Assembly (NCBI GenBank): GCA_965645245.1
Contig: OZ287076.1
Coordinates: 1,054,001-1,118,000 of the forward strand
Length of the DNA stretch: 64,000 nucleotides
Direction of reading: 5' to 3'
Source: Massalongia carnosa
Lineage: Eukaryota
Shown here: piece by piece, positions 38,872 to 50,901 of the stretch
Layout: the number at the start of each line of letters is the position of its first letter
Numbering within the stretch: the first letter of the stretch is position 1
Made by a program: the position numbers and the translations under genes
The notes under the pieces: generated by a model
The model's database searches: none
What the model saw: the letters and a program-made list of their open reading frames with translations, nothing else
Told to the model about the DNA's origin: nothing

Positions 38872-40656
38872 TCAATCGTCATCAACATCCATCTCAGTAT
38901 CGCTATTTAAAACAGCCCCAGATTCATCACTCAAAACATACTCCCTAACCTCAATGACGCCTTCGTCATCCTTCTGCACCTCCTCGCTATTATCAGTTGT
39001 ATCAGGCTCCTCTACCTCTTGTATATCCTCCTGACCGGTAGAAAGCTTCCAATCGCCTACCGTTATGCCTGGTATGTCTTTAACTGACAACTCATCATCC
39101 TCCGACCCGTCTACAGCAAGAGACAATCCCAACTTTCGAAAGGTTTGACAAATCAAAGAAGAATGCTCCATGTGCATTTCCCTCCACGCTTGTCCCAGCC
39201 ATTTTGTTAGCATAATTCGTCGATCACCCACCGTGTATGAGCCTTTATTCCATTTCTCGAAGTGCTCATCGTAATGAATGTCGGCTAGCTCCGATATTCG
39301 ATTCTTCAAAGGTTTACTAATGGCGACGTCTGGAACTTGAATAAACCCGGTGCAGCCGGAAGGAATAAATGATGCTGTGACGTTTAAATCTTTAAAGGCT
39401 TGTTTAAGCTAAAATTTGTTAGCAAACATGAGCAGCTTGAAAACAAAATGCTCAGTTATTTACCTCTTCGGTTTTTTGTCCCGCAAACACATCTAATGAT
39501 AGAAAACGCCGTGTATTAGCGTTATGAAGTCCTAGAGTAGCGTATTTATACTGCTGTTTTAGCCATCGACACATGACTTTTCCATTGCAGGCCTTTGGAT
39601 CCCATTGAACTACTACTCCCGAGTCGTACTGCGTCATCTCCTTCTTGATTCGACTGCATTTTGTGCTATCTTGGCCTTTAAATATGAGAAGAGGTTTGCA
39701 TCGATTAATGCCGTCAGGAGAAACATAAATCATCAAAGTGGCTTGTCTTTTATCCCATCCAGACCGATGGGTTTTAATCCATACAGTTTTGGCACCTTTA
39801 AAATCGTAGCATTGACCCTACGGGAACTCGTAAGCAATAGGAGTCTGATCCATATTGCCGATATCGCAAAGACGAAATCTTCCTCCTCCATGCAAAGGAA
39901 TTTGACCCAAAAGCGGTTGAGAATTGCGACGATTAAATTGTAACCACAACTGGATAATATCGCGAAAGTTCTCGCGAATCTGATATGAACCGAATGCCGT
40001 TAGTTCAATATCATCAAAAAAATAAACATTTGATTATTCACCTGCTGAGCTTTTTTGGTAGGATTTCTGACAGCTATACCACACCTTCGTCTGAATCCAC
40101 GAAACCAACCATTAGAGAATTTGAACTCGGCATACTCAGTCATTTTTCCGGATGCCTTAGTCACTCGATGAGGATATAATTGACCATACACCTGACGACC
40201 CTGACGAACAAACCAACGTTTATTGATTTTACGTCCAGTGTTACGGGCTTCCATGAACAACTCCAAAAGTCGCCTTTCAAGCTCAGGCTCTTTACATACA
40301 CCCATAGCTTTGCTGTCTTTTCGTTTACCTTTAGGTTGAGCGGCGATACTCGAACTACTTTCAATCCACTTTCTAAGCATCGTGGTAGTAATTCCAAGAT
40401 TGTTGGCTGCAGCATATTTACTGATAAGCTTCATACTTCCATTCTTCTGAGACTTCCAGGTAGTTTGAGCATAGCTAATAACAGCTAGTTTCTGCTCTCT
40501 GGTGTAAGATACTCGATGTCGAGGAGCATCATATTCGTCGTCAGAAATATCGCAAAGTGTAGGATGATCGGCCACTTCTCGATGCAGACGAAATTGTTTA
40601 ATGATAGAAGCATTATCATTGGAACAACCGGGCATGCTAGGAATTGAAGGCTGCAT
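38872..40656 (-). pseudogene. pogo-type transposase with two introns and a premature stop
   Basis: HTH SYTREQKLAVI..FKFSNGWFRGFRRR; catalytic NMDQTP, LSLDVFAGQ and QVPDVAI with 35 residues between the last two Asp. Introns at 39980-40041 and 39409-39463 both carry CTAAC. An in-frame TAG follows YEFP. The start codon is uncertain. Confidence 0.85.
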
Positions 40657-40900
40657 AAACGCTTTCTTTGGGAAGTCGGGCTGAATGCAAGCTGCGAAGA
40701 CTGGTGGACTTTGAATTAGGCCCAGGACGAGGCTGGTTTTGAGCCTGCATAGGATTCTGGACGTGCGAGGGAGCCATGAAATAAATCAATGAAAAGATGA
40801 TAAAGGTGGATAAAATGATGAAGTGATACGTAACTGGGATACATGTACCTCCAACGCGGGCCAAACTTGATGCGCGTCTTCGTGTTTTTCCCCTGCTTAC

Positions 40901-41315
40901 TAAGATCTACTCCCTCATAAGATCTACTCCCTCATAAGATCTACTCCCTCATAAGATCTACTCCCTCATAAGATCTACTCCCTCATAAGATCTACTCCCT
41001 CATAAGATCTACTCCCTCATAAGATCTACTCCCTCATAAGATCTACTCCCTCATAAGATCTACTCCCTCATAAGATCTACTCCCTCATAAGATCTACTCC
41101 CTCATAAGATCTACTCCCTCATAAGATCTACTCCCTCATAAGATCTACTCCCTCATAAGATCTACTCCCTCATAAGATCTACTCCCTCATAAGATCTACT
41201 CCCTCATAAGATCTACTCCCTCATAAGATCTACTCCCTCATAAGATCTACTCCCTCATAAGATCTACTCCCTCATAAGATCTACTCCCTCATAAGATCTA
41301 CTCCCTCATAAGATC
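40901..41315 (+). repeat. Perfect 17-bp minisatellite (TAAGATCTACTCCCTCA) x24 plus a partial unit, inside the pogo element
   Basis: Identical units head to tail with no spacers. Confidence 0.97.
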
Positions 41316-42792
41316 ATACCTGTTTATAAGACCCCCTGCTTATAAGAGCCCGTTCCAAATAACCCTCGGGTTGACCACCCCCTATAGGACTAGAGTCTTA
41401 TTTGCCAGATAATACGGTAATCGAGTTATTCGGTGGATATGAAGCGTTTGACTAGTATGGGAAAAGGAGCATTGGTGTTATCAGCAAGCTTGTCCATTTT
41501 TTCTATTCCTTGCATACTGCATACGTATAACAGTGGGCACTTTTCTTCGTGAAGGACCGAGGGTTGCGGATTGGTTGATTTGAGTAAGAAGAACTGAGGA
41601 AGGAAGGGATTCAACCTACGCCGTACGGGTCGACGAAAAGGTCATCACGATGTTTGATGTTGTTGGTAAAAGTTGCTCACTCCACTACCTGCTTCAATCA
41701 TTTCGTTACTCGTATTATGGGGTTAGTAGGGCAGTACTTGCCAGCGTCAAGAATACTCGTCTACGGCCAAGGGAACTATAAAGGGACTCGTTCCATAATT
41801 CCATAATCTCTTGAACGTATTCCGTCCCTTCATCTAGAAAGTCATACACTCGACCTCTTGGGGAAAGCGGCTACTTCATCGCGGATTTTGTAATTTGTCG
41901 GTGTTGCTGGTACTTACACATTTCCTCAGCACTAAATTACTTTGATATCACCCAACAATCATTAGGAAAAGTCGGGCTTCATGCAGTTAATGATTACCTT
42001 GTCATGGTGCCTTATCAAGAATTTCTATTCATTAGGATATGTAGTCGTTAGGTATGAAGCAAACTTCAATGCGTGCTTGGTCCGTTTTCATTTCATCGAC
42101 TACTCAATAGCCTACTAATACTTGCTTTCCAACGTCCTCTAAGCACTCCTGAACAGTGAACAGTTTCTCATTCGGCTTTACGAAGATGGCGATATCATAC
42201 GCAAAGGCTCTTTAGTACTACGTCAGAAATATTCTCGTGGGCCCTTCATGACCACCCACAGTAACTCCAAGTTTTTCCCAATCCCTACACCCACCGGGAT
42301 TAGTCATTTGAGACCTATGGTCCGTATCTCGGGCATATTCTGCCCCAGCGAGCGGTCTTTGCGTGGCAAGGGGAATGCAGGAGATCAAGCGTCGAACTCC
42401 ATGAGGATAAGATGGCTTCGGTCAATCGGAGCTTATGCTTCCGACTCACCATGTTATGATGCAATTAGCCTGCTGTCTAAAAGTCAACAGGAGGTTCGAA
42501 CTGTGGGGAGGAAAAGTCATTTGTTTGGCAAAGCTGAGTAGCAGCACCACATAGTTATAGTGCTATGCGGATGGGAGCATGCACACCACTTTGCCATTGG
42601 GCCAGCGTTGATAGAAGTTAGGAGTAGAAGATCAAAATGTCGAACATCAAACTTGTTCTCTCAATCAAACAGGCTCACCTTGAGAACAACGGGGATGACT
42701 GACCAGAAAATAGTCGATCCAGAACAGGAACACATCTTGACCCTTGCGCAGGTTCGTTATTGAGTATCGAGATGAGAGTGTTTGTTTATTTA

Positions 42793-44647
42793 TCCGTGCC
42801 ACCCACATCGCTCGGGTTAGTGCTAGCCAGCCATACAACCCAAATCGTCAAATTTCAACCATTCACCTTTCAACAGTTTATCATCCATCACCACCATGCC
42901 TAAATCATATACCGAAATCGAAAGTCGCATTACGAAGGCTATTGTCGCCTTAAACACGCGGAAAAACGCGAAACTTCGAGCAATTGCACGAGAATTTGAA
43001 GTGCCTAGAGAAAGACTTCGTTCTCGATATCATGGGGCCCCATCTAAATCAGAGATACGAGGACTGCATAATAGACGTTTGAAACCAGATCAAGAGTCGG
43101 CCCTATATATGTATATCAAGAAACTGGACTCTTTGAACATACCTGCCCGATTGCACATGGTGGAAATCGCAGCAAATTCTATTCTTCGTCAAACAGCTCC
43201 TGTTTCGGAACCGCCTCCTTTGATCGGGTCGCATTGGACCAAGAGATGGTTAAATCGTAAGCCCGATTTACTCAAAGTTCGACGAAAACCTCTAGCTGTT
43301 GAGCGAAAAAATGCGCATGATTTAGAGTTGCTAATGGCTCACTTTACAAATTACAAAGAGGTTATTGATGAGTATGGCATAGATCCTCAAGATCAGTGGA
43401 AATTTTGATGAAACCGGGTATCGCATTGGCATGGCACGTAATGATTAGATAGTCAGTGCATCAAAAGACCGAAGGATCTATAATAACGAGCCATCAAACA
43501 GAGAATCACTGACCGGAGTGGAATGTATCAATGGGACTGGACGAGACATTCCCCCTATGTTGATTTTGACTGGTATCAGCATTCTCGCTCCCTTTTTCCT
43601 CAACGATCTTAGCGATGATGTTCTTATTACTACTGCTGAATCAGGTTATTCAAATGACTGGCTGGCCTTGCAATGGATTAAACACTTCGATAAACACTCT
43701 CGAAACATTCGAAAGGGGGCATGGAGACTGTTGATTATGGATGGACATGGATCTCATCATACTCGTGAGTTTTTAGAGTATTGTGACGCTCATAACATCA
43801 TTCCATTTGGATTACCATCACATACCACTCACTTATTGCAACCGCTTGATATATGTGTGTTTCAGCCTTTAAAGCATTGGCGTTCCGAGGCTGTCAATGA
43901 GGCCATTCAGAACGGTGATGAAACGTTCTCGAAAGTGGAATTTCTAGCTGCATTCAACACCTTTCGGGCAAAGGCCTTCAAATCAACAACGATTACGTCT
44001 GCATGGAGAAAAACCGGCCTAATTCCATATAATCCAGAGGTGGTTCTTCAAAAGGTCAGAGAGAGTTTACCACCCCGCGAGACTTGCCCCACCCTCGTCG
44101 ATTCAATCAATGCAAGAGACCCCTAGAACTGTCAGACAATTGAGTACAGTAGCCACAGACATTATGATGCATTCCCGTTGTTCGGATGAACTTACACAAA
44201 TGATAGCAAAATTTGTAAAGGGGGCTGTTTCGGAAGTCCGAAAAGGAGAACTTCTCGAACAACGATGGGATCAACAAACAAAGGCCGAAAAGGTTCGAAA
44301 AGCACGCAAACGAGAGAGCAATAAGGTACTTCAGATTGGGGGCATACTTATTGCACGAAAGGCTCGATCAATGATTCGTGATAGACAGAATCAGGAGGCT
44401 CAGAGGGAGAAGGATCGAATGATCGCATGGGAAAAGCGATATTCTTTGGCACTGGGCAAGGTGGCTAGACAAACCAAAGCTCATCGAAAGTTGAAGATGA
44501 CCAAAAGTATGAATAGCATCAAAAGATGGGAGGAAGTACTGAAGGAATTGTTGAAAAAAACCCCGATGTATGTAGAGGAGTAGCATTTTGGGTTGTATGG
44601 CTGGCTAGCACTAAGCGAGGCGACCCGAGCGATGTGGGTGGTACGGA
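42793..44647 (+). mobile_element. Fot1/pogo-like DNA transposon, 1.86 kb
   Basis: TIRs TCCGT(G/A)CCACCCACATCGCTCGGGT plus an inner TTAGTGCTAGCCAGCCATACAACCCAAA block, with TA on both flanks (42791-42792 and 44648-44649). Confidence 0.93.
42896..44583 (+). pseudogene. Fot1-like DD35D transposase, inactivated
   Basis: HTH LRAIAREFEVPRERLRSR; DETG reached by a +1 frameshift near 43405; a TAG (likely from TGG) near 43446; LIMDGHGSH..(35 aa)..LQPLDI; a second frameshift near 44100. Confidence 0.88.
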
Positions 44648-45654
44648 TATAGCTTTGATTGGTTGCCATGAGAGATATTCCGTATCTGGACGAGTAAGAC
44701 ACGTTTAATCACGGGTTGAAACGTTGCTAGCATGACGTGGCGGAACTAAGATTGAATCGTGGCGGAAAGAAATTACTAACGTTAGCTAGTACAAGGACCG
44801 AGCACCGGGTGACGCGGGTGACGCGAGTACGGAGAACCCGTCGATAATCACCTCATCCACCAATCCCTGTCGGCGTCTAGTAGCATTGGACTTCGATTGG
44901 ACTTCGTTTGATTCTTCATCGCTGGCATCAATCACTTCCATTCCGAAAGTCGTATAGAGTATGTTGGTTGGCCAATCAACCGGGTCCTCGTTCAACTTAA
45001 GTACCACCCCTCCCCCCATAGCCCGTATCGAGTCCTGCAACCTGCACAGCTGTCAATTTCAATTTCTATGTGGATTTTCTTGTTTATATGGACTGAATCA
45101 TGATGCAACTCCAGCCATCTGCCATTAAATTTTTTAATTTTCTTTCTCTAAAAATATCGTGACTTTGTTGATGCCAAGGAACATGTCGACAACTATGCAA
45201 TCAACATCAAGATTTTAGAATCTGCAAGATGACCCCTAGTCCACGCGTGGGGAAAATCACCCGGCGTATAAAAATGGCAGTTATACAGCCTCTCCTTCAA
45301 TCCATCGACCTTATTAGGAGGCCTTCTGCTCTCCTCTACTTCCCCTAACATGTCGAAACTCAAGATCGATCTGAGCTCTCATAGATCCTCTGCTCTCCCA
45401 AGCAGCCGCAAGCCCCACTAATACATTAGTGGAGAAGCTAGCAGCTTTCCAGAACCAACAGAGCAGCATGTAAGCCATTTAGTTTAGACGATATTGGCCA
45501 TAACCCACCTTGAATCAAAGCTGGCTGGCCTCCAAGGTGCCGGAACAAAGGTTTGGACATCTAATGGAGGCTAATAAGGGGAGAAGTTCCTTAATGGCGT
45601 TGCTTCGAGCTTTAAAAAAAAGCAACCAAGGGCGAATGGGAAGCGGATAGTTAT

Positions 45655-46330
45655 ATGGCAAATCTTCTTGAATTATCTGCGGGGAATCCTGCGGCTAGCT
45701 TCGAGAACTCATTGTCAGCCGTTGCTGGGCCCACTGTGCAAAGTGTTCCAGAGCTATTCCAGTTCGGTTTGGGGCTCGCTACACGCGCAGAATTTTATGC
45801 GCATTCTATTCAGCATCCTTATCAGCGACCTGAACAATATTCTGAGAAAGAGTCCATGCAACACGGACAAGAAGGGCCGTCAAACCCCTAGCCATCGGCT
45901 TTCACATTGCTCAATCACCCGAATCATCAACGTTGGCAACTGAAACACACGAGTTGGTTTACAGATGGGTGGTATTTAAAGTATAGGAAACTAGGCGAAG
46001 AGCTTTCCGAAGGGTCATTGGCCATACTCCGGTAATTACATGCAGGTTTATAACCCTCTAATCCCATCAGAGTTCTGTTTAGACTTAGGGCTATCAAATA
46101 ATCGCGTCTCGGCCATCATCACCCGGATGTGGTTAGTCATCTAAGATCTTGGGATATTTGAGCCCGCAAGACGTATACGAGGGGACAGGGCAATCAGAAC
46201 GATATGGGTTTATTACCAGGAAATGTCCCGTAAGCATCGCCGTCAGGCCAAAAACTCCAGATTACTGCTTGAGGCTCCCGTTTCGCTATCTCAAGGTCAA
46301 GGAGGGGCTGGTAGCAAAAGTGTACGATAG
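45655..46330 (+). pseudogene. Possible decayed gene of unknown family
   Basis: ORF 45655 reads through one TAG into PSAFTLLNHPNHQRWQLKHTSWFTDGWYLKYRK, then an intron-like GTAATT..CTAAT..CAG and EFCLDLGLSNNRVSAIITRMWLVI*DLGIF. Confidence 0.3.
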
Positions 46331-49082
46331 TCCAATGCCATGGTTGCAAGTAGAAAGAAGAAAAATGGTCTGTCAACCTTGGCCGCAAATGGTTTGATTT
46401 AGGATATGTACTTGCGGGTTGCAAATAATTAGGCAAATACGCCGGAGACGGGATCCGGCAGCGAGGAAACAACATTTCTAACTTAGCAGAGGGGCGCTGG
46501 GTAGAGAACTCTCGCTTGGCGGACTTTTGGTCGAGCAGCATTTAGCTAAGGACGCTCTGGCCGAAAAAAATGGTTAATGAGCGTTATCCCGCTAAGCAAG
46601 TTCCCGCCAAGCGCTCCTTTTTCGGGAACGCTCCCACCGAACGTTCACCGAGGTCAGCCTCAAAATCACCTTTCGAGAAAATCGGAATCTGCCCTTATCG
46701 GATATCACTAACCTCAGCCGCAAAAGTCATGGAAGAGATCGAAGGTGAAAAGCACCTGATGAACCGTTTTCCCGAGAGATAGAAATGGAAAATCCAGATG
46801 CCGGCCAAGGATTCTCCAGCAGATACAATTGTCAGTCAGCCAATCTTATCGACAAGCCGTTCGTTTCGCGGAATCATAACCCTATATATCATCCGGTCAA
46901 TCGGTACTCTGGTGACGACTATAATAATCACTCATTCAGAAGATCTTGTGGCCTATCAACAATTCCTTGATTTGGTTTTTTGTGCTTATCAAGCTGTATA
47001 ATAAGTTACGTATAACTCCAATCCCATCGAAAACCCGGGGGAATGAATCAGTTTATGTTTTTCTCTCTCGCAAGTCTGCGGAAATTTCTATACGCTATCT
47101 CAAATTTTATCTGTCTACGGGCATCATCATGGCAGGGTCCTCTGGAAGTCCTGCTTTGCGCAATATCAACGATCAATCTCATTTTGCCGCGTATTCTTAG
47201 TGATCGAAAACTTAGGGTCTTTCTCGACTCTGGAGAAAATAATTATCCCGGCCTGGAGGAAGTTTTTATCTAATTTCATTGACCTCAGTAATTTTTTCAT
47301 GGATCTTTAATCCTGAGTATTTTATTTATTTACATATCTTAAACCCTGATGCATGAACACATCAAGGCAAAAAGAGGTTAATTCTAGCATTGAGGTATTC
47401 GCCTGTCGATTTTCAAAAATTACCTACAGAAGCATCACCAAACTCCCTTCTAGGTGGTTCAGAGGAGTCTGCCAATAATTATGCAAAAATCGTCAGACTA
47501 TGTGGTACATTGGGCATGAAGAAAGAATACGTCAGTAAATGCGGCCGGCGCTTCATTCAGCTAATAAAACTGGCTGCGCAAGCACTACTATGATACTAGT
47601 GCTGCCCTTGAGTAGCGAAGTCTTTGTATAGATATTCGGAAGCTAGAGCCGAGCCTAGAGTTTGATGTCCTAGGGTTCTTATAGGCCTATACTGAGGGAC
47701 TCCCCGGACTTTGATGAACGCACTGAGGCTTTGCGTATGATGCCCGTGGCGCACATCATTATACCCAGCGCAGCTCTTATATATAAAATCCTTGGGTGCC
47801 GCTAGTCTGAGACCTTATCAAAATGGAAACTGCGATATGGCACATAGGCAACGCCGCTATAGATGCCTAGGAATTCCACGTGCTCCAACGCCAACGGGGC
47901 CCGGTGGAGGCGGGTGACCAAGCACAGCCGGTTGAATAATACTTACGCTCGAGGGGTCTTACGACACTCTGCCAGACGATAGATGGAGCCTCAATTTCTG
48001 GCGACGCAGCTGGAGACAAAAGCTTTAAACCTCGCAGTCAATATCATCATGCATGGTAGTGCGCTCTGGCACTAGTAGGCAGAAGCCTCACCCTCTCACA
48101 ACTCCACCGTCTTGGGAGTCTATTCACATCTCCTGTCATAATAGGCAGCAAGGGCGAATTGGTATCGGGTCTGTGTTCGTGAGCATGTAACTAAAATAAA
48201 AATAAAAATAAAATAAAGATAAAAACGAAGATCTTCAAAAACTCCTTGCGTCGTATACATGATTTGGAATATGAACAAATAGGCACTTTTACCGCTCGAC
48301 AAATCAATTCTTTTCCAATGATTTTCTCGCAATCTTCGTCTGTCTCCCATGCCAAAGCATAAGCATCACTATAGCGCAGCCATGCATTCTTTCTCAAGCT
48401 CGATCTATTTTGAAAAAAAAAGACGGCCGGCTGGTACGGCATTCATTTATTCCCTCGGCCTTTGTGTGTTGAAAAGGGGATGATATGTATGTATCTAACT
48501 TCAAGGTATTTATTACGTACGTAAATCATCATCATCCGTGTTTTTCAATCTCCGAAAGAGAGAAAAAGGAAAAATTAAAAAGAATTAAAAAATCCCCATG
48601 AGCCAAAACACCACCACACAACCCCCACAGACATACACGCACATATCCTAAATAACCGAGTGAATTGAATAAAGCCAACCGATGAAAAGATGCCTTAAAT
48701 TCGTAGGGGTTAAGATTGTTATGTTGTTCATCGGCTCTCCCCGGACTAATTTCTCCTCTATTTACATCTCCCCTTTCCCCTTCCGCGACTCTCCACGCAC
48801 CTCCACCTCCCTCGTACGTAACCCAAAACTGCCCAAAATATCCAAAAGACGCAACGTTTCCTCCCAGATCATGCTTAGGTGGTATCTAAAACGCCATCGC
48901 TGAAAACCCCCTTCACAAAAAAGACCATGGAGCTGAAATCCCCCCTTGTACGTCCTGGACGGAAAATGCCATGCCATGCGAATGCTCAAATGCGAGAGGA
49001 AACCCCGTGTCGAACCCAAAAAACTCGCTCGCTTGTCGCTGCAACCAAAAATCCAATAAATCGAAGTTGACTCCTTCAACTC

Positions 49083-50678
49083 TCAACTCATACCCAGAGC
49101 TTTAACATCGTACGCCATCATCGCATCGTGCGCAAAACCATTGGCGTCTTTCTGGTTTTCTCCGCCAGCCCTTCCACCCCCATCCTCCGAATCCCCTTCA
49201 ATACCTCCCCACTCCACCAGGGGGAAAGGGCCCAGCTCGCCCTCCCCCAAATTATGTAGCCTTCGCCGTTCAATTGCTTCTGCCAACTTCCATCTTCGCA
49301 CCAACCTCGCTCTCCGCTCTTGAAACTCTCTCTGCAGCGCGGTCTCTTCATCCGTAAAATCGGCATCTAAATTTTCAATTTCAGCCCGATGGGACTCCCT
49401 CAACATGTCCATTTCCGCCTCCTGCGCCGCGGCTACAGTTTCCAATTGCTTGGTCTGCTTCTCCCTCAGCACGTTGATGCGCGCTGCGTGTAGGTTATCC
49501 ATGCAGTTGCGCGCGTGCCGCTGCTGGTCCAGGTGACGGTGATCCCGGCGGGAGACAGTGCGACGGGGCATTCCCATCACGGTAGCAGACGGATCGCAGT
49601 AAGCCTGCATGTGCCTGAGGCGGGTGTCGCAGGCACGCTTTTCGCCCTCGAGCTTTCCGTGCAGGTCGACTTCGGCGCAGAGGTGGCGGTGCTCGAGCGA
49701 GGCAAGTGCATCGGCATGGCGGGACTGGAGAGCTTGGATTTGGGAGGTGTGTTGGGAGAGGAGTGTTCGTTTAGAGGAGATTTGGGAGAGGCCCATTAGG
49801 TGGCGTTGCGCGGCTTCGTAGCGGGTAAAGCGGCCTTGTTCTTCGAGTTGGGAGGCACGGAGGGCTATTAGGTGAGGGTTTTGCAGGCTACGCTGGCATG
49901 CGGCGAGGGCTGATGGTGTGTTTTCGCCTGGCAGGGTGGGTGAGAGGAGACGACTTGTGGGTAAGCAAGGTTCGGCTGGCGGTGAAAGTGGTTGAGTGAT
50001 AGATGGAGCGGAATGATGAGAGAAGGTCCCTGGAATGTGAGGAACAGACTCCAAGGCCAGCGTCTGTTTCTGCGCGAGTTTTCCAAGGGCACAGAACGCC
50101 GAGGTGGGTAGAGGTATGCTTAACGGTGGTGCATCAATAGTTCGTCTACGCCGTAGAACCGATATGCGTCGAACGCCTCGTTTGAACTTTTCATACGCTG
50201 ATTTTTGTGATGAGGTAGAGACGATGGAGGAAGAGACGATAGAGGAAGGCGTCGATGCAATCGAGGCGTTGGTGAGCGATGACGTAGCCGTAGGTTGTTT
50301 GATTTCGCTGGAGCTGTCAGAAGTCGGGTTGGTGGATTCAGATGTTCGAGAGGTTAACGGCAGATGATGATCGAGTTCCTCTGGAGTCAACTCCAGTGCC
50401 GAGACATTGCTCGTCACCAGGTCAAGGGTGGTCTTCGGGCTTTGTGGGACGGTGATGCCCAAATCCATAGCCAAGCGCAGAAACTTCTGATCGACATCAT
50501 CCTCAGTGCAACCGCTTGCGAAGCGGAGGACCATCATGGTGTATCTACTCGCTTCGGAGGCGGAGTGCAGCTTTATGTTGGGATCATAGAGGTGCGGGAA
50601 AGGTGGGTGAAGATGCTGGATGTCGGAGAGTGACCGGTTTTTGAGGATAGACATGGTGGTCTGCGGGCAAGGGAACAC
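49083..50678 (-). CDS. Fungal hypothetical protein with a Ser-rich N-terminus and a coiled-coil C-terminal domain
   Basis: Intact 531-aa ORF with LEHRHLCAEVDL..ACDTRLRHMQAYC..MDNLHAARINVLREKQ..RLVRRWKLAEAIERR, a pattern I recall from other ascomycete hypotheticals. The exact start Met is uncertain. Confidence 0.8.
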   Translation of the reverse strand: MFPCPQTTMSILKNRSLSDIQHLHPPFPHLYDPNIKLHSASEASRYTMMVLRFASGCTEDDVDQKFLRLAMDLGITVPQSPKTTLDLVTSNVSALELTPEELDHHLPLTSRTSESTNPTSDSSSEIKQPTATSSLTNASIASTPSSIVSSSIVSTSSQKSAYEKFKRGVRRISVLRRRRTIDAPPLSIPLPTSAFCALGKLAQKQTLALESVPHIPGTFSHHSAPSITQPLSPPAEPCLPTSRLLSPTLPGENTPSALAACQRSLQNPHLIALRASQLEEQGRFTRYEAAQRHLMGLSQISSKRTLLSQHTSQIQALQSRHADALASLEHRHLCAEVDLHGKLEGEKRACDTRLRHMQAYCDPSATVMGMPRRTVSRRDHRHLDQQRHARNCMDNLHAARINVLREKQTKQLETVAAAQEAEMDMLRESHRAEIENLDADFTDEETALQREFQERRARLVRRWKLAEAIERRRLHNLGEGELGPFPLVEWGGIEGDSEDGGGRAGGENQKDANGFAHDAMMAYDVKALGMS

Positions 50679-50830
50679 ATTCCAGGGTTCTCTCTCGGCA
50701 GGCTAAACGTTGCTGTACATTGCCGGCCGGAGAGATGTGGTCGGGGACTGTGTCATATGATGAAACAAGGGATTCTCCCCACGATGCCTGGTTGGCGCTG
50801 CTGGAATGATGTAGCGAAGGGAGGAAGCTT

Positions 50831-50901
50831 CTTTGGAGTTTTGGAGTTTTTGGAGTTTTTGGAGATTTGGAGATTTGGAGATTTGGAGTTTTGGAGTTTT
50901 G
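50831..50901 (+). repeat. Short imperfect 8-10 bp tandem repeat (TTTGGAG core)
   Basis: About eight copies of TTTGGAG(A/T) upstream of the 49083..50678 gene. Confidence 0.8.

Larger units (their letters stand above)
38674..41417 (-). mobile_element. pogo-superfamily (DD35D, CENP-B-type HTH) DNA transposon, 2.74 kb
   Basis: 23-bp perfect TIRs CCGTATTATCTGGCAAATAAGAC at 38674-38696 and 41395-41417, TA on both flanks, and an internal transposase gene. Confidence 0.93.

Noticed and set aside
40901..41315. CRISPR-like array
   Set aside because: The units are contiguous and identical with no spacers, there are no cas genes, and the context is eukaryotic.
42140..42763. Long plus-strand frame with a single TAG
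   Set aside because: No recognisable motifs or clear start; it could be chance or antisense to a decayed gene.
27400..48100. Starship or other giant transposon call
   Set aside because: No tyrosine-recombinase captain motifs or terminal direct repeats identified; kept only as a testable idea.
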